Below are positions 39,672-53,407 of a DNA stretch of 64,000 nucleotides, piece after piece. This DNA is from the human T2T-CHM13v2.0 reference genome, Homo sapiens: assembly GCF_009914755.1 (NCBI RefSeq), contig NC_060925.1; one strand, written 5' to 3'. The notes under the pieces were generated by a model. That model saw only the letters and a program-made list of their open reading frames with translations. It had not been told where the DNA came from and did not search any database. Position 1 is the first letter of the stretch, and every line of letters begins with the position of its first letter. A program made the position numbers and the translations under genes.

Positions 39672-42600
39672 TCAGATGTCAGACAGTCATGAACTCCACT
39701 TCGAGTATCACCCTTGACTGTTGTGTGACCATAGACATGTTATGTAACTGTTATGTTGACCAGGAAGGACATATGGAGTACAATCATAGAAACAATTTTT
39801 TTTTATCAGCTTCTGTCCCATCAAACCTCTTCTGAGGGGCTAGAAACTTTCTTGCCTCTTGAAAGACATCTAGAACAAGTTCATGAATTTTCTTGTCATT
39901 TTTAGTTCAGTAACTATAAAACTCCATCTGATGAAATAGTGAAAATGTTTAACCTCATTTGAAGCAAGTCTTCTCTCTTTCCTCAGCTCTGGCTGGCTTT
40001 TAGCCTGGCTGCCTGTGATGGAACAGGTGACATGGTAGCTTCCTCTTAGCCCTTCCTAATGTTTCTCCACCTTCCCACTCACAAGACTGCCACTAGCTTC
40101 TCCAGGGTTGGGGAGCTGAGAGGAGGAGAGAAGGTGAGAGACAGGCTGATGCTGTTCAGGTGCTGGATGCCTTCTGAGCATGGAAGACGCAGAAACTTCA
40201 TGGGAAAACTGCCCAGAATCACTCAGAACCTCGCACACAGTACCCTTCAAGTGGCGAAATAGAACTCCTCTGGCTAATAGTGACTCCTGTAGCCTCTAGG
40301 ATTTCAGCAGTGCACGTATAGCATTGTTTGTCTCCCTGAACAGAAATAAGGGATAAAGACTTGAAGCAGCATTCTCTGAACTATTTTTGGAGAGGGGGGA
40401 TTATTGCAACTTCCTCAGAATGGTAAAAATTTAATGGAGGCTTGGTTACACCTGCTGATTCTTTGCAAACACAAAAACATTGCCAATGAAAAGGAATTGA
40501 CAATGTTATAATAAAAGAATAATGAATATTGGGGTATATGAATACATCAGTTTAAATTAAAACAAAGCTTCCTTTTAAGGCTTTTTCTGTACTTTAGCTT
40601 GTTAACAACAAATTGTATTTATCTTACACCTTCAAAGATCACCACCACATTTCTTTGGATATGGTTAAGATTTTACTATGCAAGGTTTACTATAAAAGGG
40701 CTTACAAGAAGAGTAACAACTGGGAAAGGTCAGAGGACATGCTGTTTTGTTGACCTACTACTCCTGCTTCTTGAGTTTAATGACCGCCTAGTGCGGATGA
40801 TTGTAAGAAACAACAAAATTACAATCTTATTCTGAAATGATCATTGTGAAATGAGAATGGTTGTCAGTTAAAACAATGTGGGAAACCAAAAGCACTTACA
40901 AAACTTTTATTGACATAACTGAAGGTGTCTCTCCTAGAAATTGGGTAGGATAAAGTAATGTACTTTAAAAAAATATAACCTAAGACGTGTTGATAAGAAC
41001 AAGGCTCTAGAGTGAAGAGAGGGAGCAGGAGGAAGCCAAGCAGTAGTGAGCATTCTTTCTCTGAGGTTTGTGACATGCACACAGGGTTCTGACCACTGGT
41101 ATCTAAACTCCTTTCTTTATAAAGCTGGGCTATGAAGTTAGTTCTGATGTTTAGTTTCCTATACTCTCCTATCATTTGAGATATCTAAAAGTAGAATAAA
41201 ACAAAATACAGATGTTTGCATTGACAAAAAGTAAAATAGTTAAAAAGAGAAAGATAAGATGCATGGTAAAGTGAAGAAAATAAAACTCTTTGGTTTTGAC
41301 TCTGAGTGTTCATTTCAACTGTCTGTAACTTACTCAGATATGCTTAGGCCCTCCCAGTCAGTGTTTCCACATCAACTGTTGGTCTATTTTAGTCCTTAAC
41401 ACAGTGTGTTGCTTTCCTTTTGGTCTGCCTTCCTCACTATCCAATGTGTGGCAGCACACAGGTGTGTCAATAAAGTATTAAGCTTACTAATACTTTATAA
41501 TGCCAAAATAAATTTATTTCTAAAAATATATAATAAATGTATACAGTTTAAATGAAACAATTCGTTAAAGTGAACTATAAACCTTTACATTGTCCAATTA
41601 TAGATATTCAAAATATTATACATGATTAAAACTATTTGTTTTGTGAAGTTTTTAGAATTTAATTATTAATTTGACAAAAATAACATTCTAGTAATATTGT
41701 GTTTATTCTATGGTTAAATCTTCAAATTTTCATGTGATTTTTGTAGTAGCCTTAAGAATTTAAAATAGCTATTTTTAAATCAACTTTCTCCTGCTATAAT
41801 GACCTAAATCTTTCATAAATACTTTATAGTTAAATATATGTCTTTCACAAAGGTACTTATTTTTTAATAATAATATCTTAATTAAAGATAGAAAGTCACA
41901 AGACAAACATGGCAATCTAATTTTTTAAAAAATGACTTTGATTAAAAAATTAAATAAGCATCATAATGTAGATTAGATAAAACTTGAACTCATGTGCCGT
42001 ATCTGATAAGCATTCTCTTCCCAGAGCAAATGTTTTATTTTCTTATTTGCATAGGAAAGTTATCAAACAAATAAACGGGCCAAGCAAAACTGTATACATA
42101 TTACACAGAAAATGACGACAAGATTTTTTGAAAGTTGATAAGTGCAAAATAAAAAACATAGTTACTTTTTTAGTTTAGTTATTTATAACAGTATTAGTAA
42201 AAGCTCAAGAAGTTAGACAGAAGGTCATTCAATTAGTATCTGAAGTCAAAATGCTTCGGTCAATTGCAGAATTGCTTATTTTACAAGCCTACATGGAAAC
42301 TGTCAACACTATATTTAGGGACTAATAAAATAAAAAGAAATAGACCAGACAATGTTCAGTTAATGGTGCAACACATTCAAGTTTCTCGTTTATAGGTTTT
42401 ATTTGGATTTGTTACACAAACTCAGTATTCAACATATCCCCTAATGTTTTTTATTTCTTTTCAAAATTATTATTTAAAGAATATATAATAATTTTTCCAA
42501 GCCTCAAATTCATTCATTAATTTACTCTCAGTGTGTTGTAGAAATAATACCATTTTCTGTATGGCATGATATGAAAAAAAGTTATGACTCACTGGACAAG

Positions 42601-42842
42601 TGATTTTCAATGGTAGGAATATAGCTTAATAATTACACCTTTACCACCTATAACTTCTGAAACATAGTTAATAGACAATAAATGTTTGATAAATAAATGC
42701 ACGTATAAACCAATAAATTAAAAAAACACATTCTTTTCTAACTAACAAAAAAATGTTTTCTATGATTATCAGATATATTTTGCTTTTGGTTTTGGTTTTT
42801 CCAGAATCCAGATAAGAAAGGTTATCAGCTTTGGATTGGGTT

Positions 42843-43460
42843 CTTTTTTATAAACTTTTTATTATGAAAATTTTCTAACATACAGTAAAGTAGAAAGAAA
42901 AGTCAAACACTCATATGTTCATCACCTACATTAAACATTTGATTACAATTTACCAGATATTTTTGTGTGTGTACGTAATGCATCACTTAAAGAAAATTGT
43001 GTGATATTTTGACACCAAATAGGCCTGAGTGAGTCACAGCTGACTGAAATCAATGCTCTCAGCATCAGAACTGAAGAGTTTTGTTTCCTTCACTTTTAGC
43101 ATATGTCATCACTTTCTCTCTCTCTTTTTAATTATTTGATTTCTTTGTCAATATAAATATTTGCACATTTGTTATTTTAGTCTAATTTTATACATTTCAA
43201 GTGACACGGAAATATAATAAACTTAGACTGAGTTTTAGAATTCCATGTATGCGTCTCCAAAAAATGAAGACATTGTCTTCCGTAAGGACACCACCATTTT
43301 CAAATTTAACCAAACTAATAGTAATTCCTAGTATTATTTAATACGTAATTCATATTGAAATATACCAGTTATCCCGAAACGTGAATTTTATGGGTAGTTC
43401 AAATCAGTCTCCAATGACTACAAATTGCATTTGCTTATGTTTCCTAAGTCCTTAGTAGGG
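42843..43460 (-). mobile_element. Old L1 (L1ME/L1MC) 3' fragments
   Basis: tttttattatgaaaattttctaacatacagtaaagtagaaagaa...cactcatatgttcatcacc is a typical antisense L1ME 3' end. The match is patchy. Confidence 0.55.
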
Positions 43461-43659
43461 TAAAATTTTAAGAGTATTCTCCTTCTATTAAAAATAATAA
43501 CTTTTTGTTGTGTATTTCTTTCTCAAATTTCTGTTACTTTACTAGTCATTAACATTTATGTTTATGCCATATGAGCCCTAAAAATCATAGTTACTATAAC
43601 AAATCATTTTAGCCATTTGTTTCCTATTCTTCCATCACACAGGCATAAACTTCAAAACT

Positions 43660-43765
43660 CACTGATATTTTTGCAAAACTAATTCAAAGGACCCCAGAAT
43701 CTGTATTTTGCATGCAAGTGATTCTACTGTGCATCTAATGTACAATCAGGTTTAGAAAGTGCTGT
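43660..43765. mobile_element. MER5-type hAT MITE fragment
   Basis: cccagaatctgtatttt...aagtgattct...caggtttagaaagtgctg. Confidence 0.5.
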
Positions 43766-44390
43766 TCTAGGACACACATAATGTCATATGAGAGTACAAT
43801 ACTTAGTAAAAATAAAAAGTACTAACTATAATGTAAAAAAAGCATAATAAATACAGTTCTCCAAGTGGAGGAACTGAATTCAGCTTATAATAAAGAAAAA
43901 GAAGATTGTGAGATGAAAAATAAATAATAAACTTACTGTTAAAGATAAAAATATGGTATATATCACTACACCAATGATGCAGATTTACCTGGTGCTTTTA
44001 TGACAACAAAATCTTATATGATTTGCAAATAAGTGATATTCAACCTATACAGCCTTACTAATCTTCGCCTACAGAAGTAAAGAATTTTTGAAGGTGAGTA
44101 AAAGATGGAACAGTTTCAATGGCTATAGAAACTCTAGCCACTTTTCCTGGAATGGAGAAAAAGGAAAGTATAAGTTTTAAGAGTTTCTTTAAGTTAAAAG
44201 AGAAGGTTAGTGAGCCCCCTGTTCCATTGCATCATTTATCAGGTGAATTCATGCTGTGAACTTTGCAAATTTGATTGGCAATGTGATAGCTAAGAGTAAG
44301 CAGACCAGAAAGCAAATTTTCTTTGTCCTGTCTCTTATCCATTACTGGTTAAAGAACTATTTGAAATAAGTCAAGATGAAGTATAAAGGA

Positions 44391-44392
<2 letters not shown>

Positions 44393-44425
<33 letters not shown>
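44393..44425 (+). repeat. (TG)16 microsatellite
   Basis: Pure TG run. Confidence 0.96.
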
Positions 44426-44430
<5 letters not shown>

Positions 44431-46751
44431 TTTTAGTGCTACAGATACTCAAGTAAAAAAAAAAAACTTATTGAAAGAATTTACTGAGTTAATTCCTGAT
44501 CAAAGACTTTACCAATGAAATTTTGCTGAGAGACCCAAAATGTCAGCCATTTAGCAGCTTTCAAGATATAGCATTCTTAGTGATCAGACATAACTCACCA
44601 AACACAGGAGACTTAAACCTCCTAGAAAAACAAGAAAAGGGCATTGTTCACCTGTATAAGAAAGTATACATATTCATATTCAAAAGATGTGGTAGATTAA
44701 ACAGATGTCACTGAATCACAGATTTTGGAGAATGTAAATCTATTTTGGTGGAAATGAGTTCAGAGTTTCAGAATAGATTCCGAGTTTTATTAGTATATTC
44801 ATGCTCCAGGTTTCTGTGCATGTATCTGAGATAAACCTTCAGAATAGTTCTGTACTATCATTGTAAACCACATCAGTGTGATCTAGCTCCAAATTAAGTA
44901 CAAAAATTAAAAACAAAATATTCTCTTAAATAAGCAAAAGCAAAACAAAACAAAATAAAACTTTACTTGAATTTAGGGAATGACATTATAAATTGTAATG
45001 TGGCCTGACTAAACATGCCCATGAGTATTTCAAGATTAATTCAATCTCATTTGTATTATCTTGAGAATGAGTCTGTTCACCGTTACTGCAGCACCTACCA
45101 TTGTTCCTGGCACCAGTATGTTCTCATGAAATGCCTTTGGATTGAATGAGTGAATAAATTAATATTGAATATATATACTTTTCTAAAAAGTATTCAATGA
45201 CTAACTTTGTCTCCTTAATTGTGCATTAAAGTATAAACAAAGTTAATTTAACTGTTTTAGCAATATTTTTAATAGTTGCAAATCTAGATTTCATCAGTAC
45301 TATAAGCAAAATATGTCATCTGAAAGATTTCATATAAATTTATGTTTATATGACCACCTGAAAAAAACAAAGAATTGCCTATACTAGAAAGTGTTGAAAG
45401 TACTCAATGACACAAATTGTTTGGCTATATAGAGTAAAAATGATATAAATACTTTTAATTTTAAGCTTTGCTTTTATTTTGGTGATTTGAATAAATGATC
45501 AGTGCCCACCTTATTCTCTGCATCTATGAGAGGGAATTCATAGAGAAGATCACACATAGGAAGCCAAAAATATATTTATATATGTATAATAATTATAACC
45601 ATAAATGTAATATTTTTATTTTTAAAATTCTAATTCATGATTTATCTGCTTTCCTAATGCTAGATTTCTAAAATAAACTACATTGCATATCTTCATTTTT
45701 ATTTATTCTTTAGTAAATATATATTTTTATTATTGTTATATGTTCATGCATATGTGCATGTGTGTACAAACGCACACACACACATATTTCAACATGTTCC
45801 AAAGTACATTACATAAGAAACCACTGTCTAAGAATTCAGAGTAGGGTCTTTGGTACCAGGATGAGAATAACTAAGTGGATGAGAATATTCTTTTTAAGTA
45901 GTCCGAATTTTAAATAAAATTCATCAGTTCCACACACATAGTAAAATTCTGATCATTATGGTAGTTTAGGCTGGGCATAAGACTGGATAACTTGCCATTA
46001 ATAGATTATGTTAGGACATTACAACATTACAAAATTTTAAAATGATTCTAACTTATCAACACTGCATCTGTTCCACCTGGACCTCATAATAGGATTGGAA
46101 TCTAAGAATTTTTTTGATAGGATTCCAACTGTGAATAAAATCACAGAAAACCCTGAGTGCTAAGGAATATTTTAGTGGAGATAGATATGCAATATTTAAT
46201 TTAAAAGAGAGCATGAACCCGTTGTGGGAGTAGGCCAGAATCAAAGAATTCTTAGCAGGGGTAAACTGTCTCAGCGGCCATGTCCCAAGACAGACAGAAT
46301 CACCAGCAACAGGTTTCCAACTCAACACAGAGCCTATTCCCTCTGTGTGAGATTTTTTTTTTTCAAAATAATGAAATTTTGCAGAGCATAATAAAACCAA
46401 CATGGAAGGATGTAAGTTAATTTGTATTTGCCACATCATAGCTATCCATACAGACTGGAAAAAAGGGTAGAAGTTCAAAACAACCAAAGCTTGGTAAAGT
46501 GAGACATGAGAAGAATTAGTTTATAATTAAACTCATCTGCTTCTAAATCTCTCTGTAAGCTATTTGTCAGCACCTCTTCTCCACTCTAGAATATGCACTT
46601 TAAAATAAAAACTAAGAGGTATTTATTGTATTGAGGGCTTAGTGGAATAAGAATGGTTACCAAAACTTTCTGAAAGAGAATACATTTTCTTGAGAGAATA
46701 ACACATAATTTAATGTTTAAGGGGTTTCTTATTACTCAAAATAAAGTGCCA

Positions 46752-47003
46752 GAGAGAGTATAACAAAGAAGGTATGAGAACAGAATTTGTATCCCACCAG
46801 TATGAGTTCCAGCTCAACCAATTTAACACCTTGGAGAAGCTATCCAACTTTTCAGTGCTCAATGTTCTTATCTGCTAAATGGATATATTAATAACCCTAC
46901 TGCACAGATTCTTATAAGAATTAAATGAGATAACAACCATTATGTGCTGAGTATAGTGCCTGGCATATAATAAGTAATCAGCAAGTGTTTGTTTTATTAC
47001 TAT
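46752..47003 (+). mobile_element. MIR, near full length
   Basis: ccttggagaag...ctcaatgttcttatctgctaaatgga...aattaaatgagataa...agtgcctggcatata. Confidence 0.8.
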
Positions 47004-49129
47004 TGAAAGCAGAAGAGAAGTAATAAGTATCCTTTATTGAATACATTATAGTTGCCTGTCAAGCTGGGCACCATAGCAAATCTATTATCTTTTGTCTTTT
47101 TTTTTTTTTTAGTTTTTAATCTTGTAAAATGTAAAGATTTTATACAAACTAAAGTCATTGAGAGAATCAAATTAGATGATAAATGAAATTAACTTAAAAA
47201 TTTCTAGTGAAATAAAAATGTCAGCTATTATCTCACATTCAATGTCCACTGCATGGAAATTTAGGTCACCTGAAATTAAACTGAAGGAATAGAAATTGAT
47301 GAAATAGAAGGCAACTCTAGAGAGGAATGTGAGAAAAGACTCTACGTAAATTCGAAGTTGTAGTTATGTTATTTCTCAAAGTATTTTGAAGTTACATTTA
47401 AATAACTATTCAACGGTTGGAATTAAATTTAATTTGAATGTGTAGACATATTCCTCATGTGTTTGCCTCCTCATGTGATTATGCCTTACGTGAGGTGGAA
47501 GAAAATATGTAGGATTCTGTATAACCAGCAGGCCAGTGTTCTCCCTCTCACATCAATTTATGCAGCTTTTCTAAGGTAATGAGGAGAAAAGCATGAATTA
47601 TTTCACATCTGCAGGTAACATTAAGTTGCTGAATTATTTTCAATCTCTTGCTCACCAAGCCCCTTATCAGACTTGCACACAAGTTAAGAATGAGCTTAAA
47701 TTTAAATTTGTTTCATTTCATTCTTTTATGTGAGCATGCTAAGAATCAATGCAAGAATCAAGTAAATGATCAAAATATGAGTGCTCAAGTATTTCTAGAA
47801 CTGAGCGATCAGCCCTCAAATAATGTAAAATGCACGATCTTTATTGTTTTATTTTACTGCTGTTTATTTTGAATTTACATTTTAAACATTTTAAAAATCA
47901 TAAAGACCTAGCCTCAGCAAAAATGATAGGATATATTCACATATTACTTACTGTTTTCTAAAATGTTCCAAAGTAAAAGCTATTGACGCTTGAATCAGCC
48001 AAATTTCTGCATTATGGATCTTTATATACCTTGATGCTGTGTTCTTTACAAGAAAAGGAATTAAAACTTCAAAAGAAGTTTTAGCTGGAAGCTTGTAATT
48101 CAAGCTTCTTGGGACAAAAAGTTTTCACTGTGTGCTCATTTTTTATTTTAAATGAAAATACACATTTTACCAACATGCCATTTCAGTTCCATGAAGAAAA
48201 GCAGTCAGGAGACTTTATGGTAAAATATTTAAGAGAACCTCGAATATTAGTCAAAAAAAATGCCTGTAAGCTCTCTTAAAATAACTCAGATCCAGAATTT
48301 TATTTGCTCATTAGGCTTGTAAGGGGCTCAGGCACAGCCTTTTATAAAAAAGAGAAATACCTTGCTAGGTTTTGACTCAAATGGTTTTGTGAACATATTT
48401 TAAAACAAAAATGAGAGTAAGAGAAGCTCATAGTTTTGAAAGCAGCCCTAGAAAGACAGGCAGCAAACTTGGAAGAGAATTCAGCAACAATATAGATGGT
48501 AACTAAAATATGACATTAACAACATATCCTGAAAAAAAGAAAAAAAATAAGACAGTGAATTAAAAATAAACCCCACAGAGAGCCTTTGTAAGACCATAGC
48601 TACACATGAAGCTATGTATAGATCTGGTGGTTCAGAATTGGGACAGGGACAGTTAAGTTCTCGGCCTTGACAATTGCTAGAACTGACCATTCCTTGAGAT
48701 CAATGCATTGTTCCATGTAATGAATGAATACAAAGGGATTTCGTAGTTGTTCTAAGATGAGTAAGAGAATCCCATGAGTTGAGTGCAGTGCTATGACTTT
48801 CCTCGTTCTCTTGATTCAGTGCCTCGAATTTACTCACTCAAATTCTTTCTACTTCCAGGGCGAAAACTTCATTCTTTTCCCTACAAAGTATTAGCCTCTG
48901 ACCTATAAGGTCTTTCTTCAATTTGCTGGTATGCCTATGCAGTGTATATGCTTCATTAAATTGTCAATACCTTTAGGGCCTGGGCCTATGTCTTCATGTC
49001 ATCATTTCCTTCCCACAGAAAGTGCAAGACACTAACCTGCATAGAATAGGCATACAACAAGTTTTAGTCTGATCACATTACATAAATTTAACCTAAATTT
49101 AGACAGAATAGAATGTCACATATAGAAGC

Positions 49130-49265
49130 ATTTGAATAGAATGCCCTATGAAGACAGGCAGGACTCTTCTGTGCCTTATTCAATTCTGTATCCTCAGTTC
49201 TCAAAGCCATGCCTGGCCTATATGAGATATTCTGTAAGTATTTGTTGGATCAATGTAATTAAATA
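49130..49265 (+). mobile_element. L2 3' end
   Basis: atgaagacaggcaggact...tgtatcctcag...atgcctggcctata...tatttgttgga. Confidence 0.65.
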
Positions 49266-49268
49266 TGG

Positions 49269-49603
<335 letters not shown>

Positions 49604-50399
49604 TCATTAAATATGTGAACAATATTTACCTAACTCCTCTTACATGCAGTCAGAACTTGGTCCTATTGTGAAATTCTGTAGGAATATGGTGTTTATTCTC
49701 AAGGAGCTTAAAGGCCAGCCCAGGAGTTGACACATATAACAAAAAACAGAAGGAACAAGATAGAATCGAAGGTAATGAAAAAAAAAATGAAGCCAAAGAC
49801 AAAAGAATGGGTTTAAACCTTCTAGAGGAGGAATTATCACTAAGTGGATGTTTTGAAGAAAGCAAGAAATACAAATAACGTGTGTGCTTAGATATTTCTT
49901 TGTTTATAATTTGACAGGAAGAAAGAAGGATAGAGGTTTATTGTTGCATAAAGCCTGGAAAAAAGCTGAAAGCAATACCTACAATGATTATTTCAGAGGT
50001 TTTATTTCGATGGACTCTAAAACAATCCAAATGTACCTTTGCAGAAGAGATTCGAATGAATGCATTCGAATGAATTTGTGACCAGTGGTAAAAGTTAATA
50101 AAAAATATATTTAAAAAATCCACACAAGGACTATGGGCTCAGATCTTAAAAAGTAAAGAATTTACTTGTCTCTCAAGATAAAAAACACTGACAACATGAG
50201 GCATTTTCTGAAGGCAAATGGATCGTGAAATAATTAGTGGAGAAGCATGAATATCAACTACAGCCTTTGATCAGTTGCAGAAATTAGGACTGTAGTAGCT
50301 ACCTAATATCCTTTTGATAAATTCATTTTCCTGGTGAATAACAAATAATAAGCTGAAGCCAACTGAAAACATCAAATCAATGTAATCATAAAGAAACAA

Positions 50400-51150
50400 A
50401 TTTTTAGATGGAAAAGACTTTCTTGGTGCTGAGTAGAATTTTATCATAAAATTGTATCATATGAATACAAAATAGAAAGTCTTAAACTTTCTAGAGGAAG
50501 AGACTAGAGAAAAGTCACCTTTAAAGGGATAAGGATCAGAATGACATCAGTTTTCTAATCAACACTATGAGAAGCACTATTCGAGAGCAAAAACAAAAAC
50601 AAACAAAAAACATCAAAATAGTCTTCAAGTGACTTAGGGTAAATGATTATGAATATAGAATTCTATACCTGGGCAGAGTATCCATCAACTGTGAGGGCCA
50701 TATGAAAACATTTTAAAACAATCAAGGACTCTATAAATTTACCTCCCAGCCAGGCACAGTGGTTCACGTCTGTAATCCCTGCATTTTGGGAGGCCAAGAA
50801 GGAAGGATTGCTTGAGCCCAGGAGTTCAAGACCAGCCTGGACAACAGAGTGAGTCCCTGTCTCTACAAAAAAATTTTTAAAAAATTAGCCAAGTGTGATG
50901 GCAGGCACCCACAGTCCCAGCTAATTTGGAGGCTAAGGTGGGAAGATCACATCAAGCCTGGGGGGTCGAGGCTGCAGTGAGCTGAGATTGTGCCACTGCA
51001 CTCTAGCCTGGGTGACAGAGTGAGACACTGTCTCAAAAAAAAAAAAAATTACCTCCCACACATTATTTCTTAGGAAATTACTTAAGGATATATTCAGAAA
51101 AATAAAGGTAAAATTTGCAAATGAAAAATATTTTTATAGGAATAGGATAA
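50400..51150 (+). mobile_element. Old L1/HAL1 ORF1-like remnant, interrupted by an Alu
   Basis: gtcacctttaaagggataaggatcagaatgacatcag and tagaattctatacc.ggcagagtatccatcaa resemble the L1 ORF1 C-terminal motifs (ITYKG..IRL..D; RILYPAKLS). Confidence 0.6.
50748..51048 (+). mobile_element. AluJ (Jo-like)
   Basis: ggattgcttgagcccaggagttcaag, gtcgaggctgcagtgagct; TSD aaa(t)ttacctccca. Confidence 0.93.
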
Positions 51151-51690
51151 ATCAATTGGGCAAGAGGTTAATGAACCATAAGAAAATTTTAAGAAAAAAG
51201 AATGGATTTTAGAAAAAAAGAGAAAATAATCAAGGTTCCAGATAATCTTAGCAGCAAGGTGAGGAAAGCACAGTGTCTGATATCAACCAACAAGAAGAAA
51301 GCAATTAAAAACCCTAGAGAAAAAGAAAATTTAAAAGCTCATATAAGAAACCAAAATATGGAATTGAATGAAAGAAGACAAGAGCATTTCTTTGTGCTAG
51401 ACGCTAGGAAAATTAGTGGGAGAGGGGTGGTGACATTAGACAGAGAAGGCGTATTCTTAGCATACTCTGCAGGCAACAGCACCTATCTAGGTATAATATT
51501 ATGTCCAGGCAATATAAACCTAGACATAATAATGTAAATGCTATTTTCATTTTCAGCATTTACCTTCTAGAAGTAGCACACTGCCAAAAGAGGGAAAGCT
51601 TAATTTAGTGTGGTTTCTGAACAGAATAAAAATTTTAACTTTCTTAAAAATGTGGAAAATTTTGTAGCTGCCTGAAAATGGGAAGTGGAA

Positions 51691-52121
51691 TGTAGCCTGA
51701 ATGCAGCCTCCAAAATGACATGTTCATATGCGAATCCCCAGAACATGTGAATATTATCATTTGTGGCAAAATGTGTGATTAAATTAAGGGTTTTGAGAAA
51801 AGTTTACCTGGGTTATCTGGGTGAGCCCTAAATACAATCACATGTATCGTTCTAAAAGGAAAATACAGGAGATTAAGAAAGAAATGGAGCCAGTGTGACC
51901 ACAGAGACTGAATTGATGCGGCCACAACCAAGGAACATCTGGAGCCACCAGAAGCTGGAAGACAAAAGAAATGGATTCTCCAGTGCGTCCTTCAGAGAGA
52001 GTGCAGCTCTGCTGACACCGTGATTTCAGGGGACTCCAGAACTGTTAGCGAATATATTTCTGTTGTTTTAAGCCATAATGTTTGTGGTAGTTTGTTACTG
52101 CAGCCATAGAAAACAAACACA
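51691..52121 (+). mobile_element. MLT1B/C-like solo LTR
   Basis: gaatccccagaacatgtgaatat...gagccaccagaagctggaaga...gttttaagcca...gtttgttactgcagccatagaaaacaaacaca. Confidence 0.85.
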
Positions 52122-52331
52122 AGTGGAGAAACTTATACTTTGAAGTAAATCAGACACAGATATCACATTTAATTAAGAAAATAAGATACATACACATCAC
52201 ATTGGAAGTGACAAAGGCACTATAACTATGGGTATGGAAGATACCTTAAAATAAGAAAATACTATTTTTAATGTTTATATAAATATGTTTAAAAATTGGA
52301 GTGAATAGATACATTTTTTAAAACTATATAG

Positions 52332-52722
<391 letters not shown>

Positions 52723-53407
52723 CAGAAAATTTCTTACAAAACATTAAACACAGGTGATGCCTGTATAACCTAAATCAATATATAAAAAAAAAAAACCATA
52801 GAAAATCTTCTAAGGGTCTAGCAAAACCATTCATGATTGATACATTCATTCTAATTATTTATATCAACCGTAAAATCTTAAATAAAACATTATTAAAGGG
52901 AATCTAGCAGTATAGCATGAGTCTAATATATCTCATCCAGATAAGTTAAATTAAAAAATGGTTCAACAGTAGATAATAATCATTAGATTAAGATATTTGA
53001 AAAAAATAAAAACTGGAAAACTGGTGAAAATATTTGATAAATTGAATAGCTATTCCAGATTCCAAATTAATATAAAGGAAAGATAAGAAGAAAACTTTCT
53101 TAGATTGATAAAGAGAATCTGAAAAATAAAACCAATATAATAGTAAAATATCACAGTTAAAATAAAGCAAAAGATAGACCCACTGTTGTCCAACATTGCA
53201 CTAAGATTTAATAACAAAAAAAAAGAAAGAAAATAAAAGGACTGATATACTTTGGATGTGTGTCCTTGCCCAAATCTCAGGTTGAAATGATTGAATCATG
53301 GGGGTGGATTTCTCAGGAATGGTTTAGTACCATACTCTTGGTGCTGCCACTGCAATAATGAGTGAGTTCTTGTGAGATCTGGTCATTTAAAAACTGTGTG
53401 GCACCTC

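Noticed and set aside
39920-39965. Hammerhead-like CTGATGA...GAAA core (other CTGATGA sites also checked, e.g. ~4317 on the minus strand)
   Set aside because: Stem II is at most 1 bp and stem I cannot form, so the three-way junction is missing.
42585-43043. AP-1 (TGACTCA/TGAGTCA) and E-box motifs as an enhancer
   Set aside because: Seven-mers of this kind are expected several times by chance in 64 kb, and there is no independent support from sequence alone.
46056-46487. Longest ORF (143 aa, minus strand)
   Set aside because: Non-ATG start, AT-rich random-like composition and no family resemblance. This length is plausible by chance in 64 kb.
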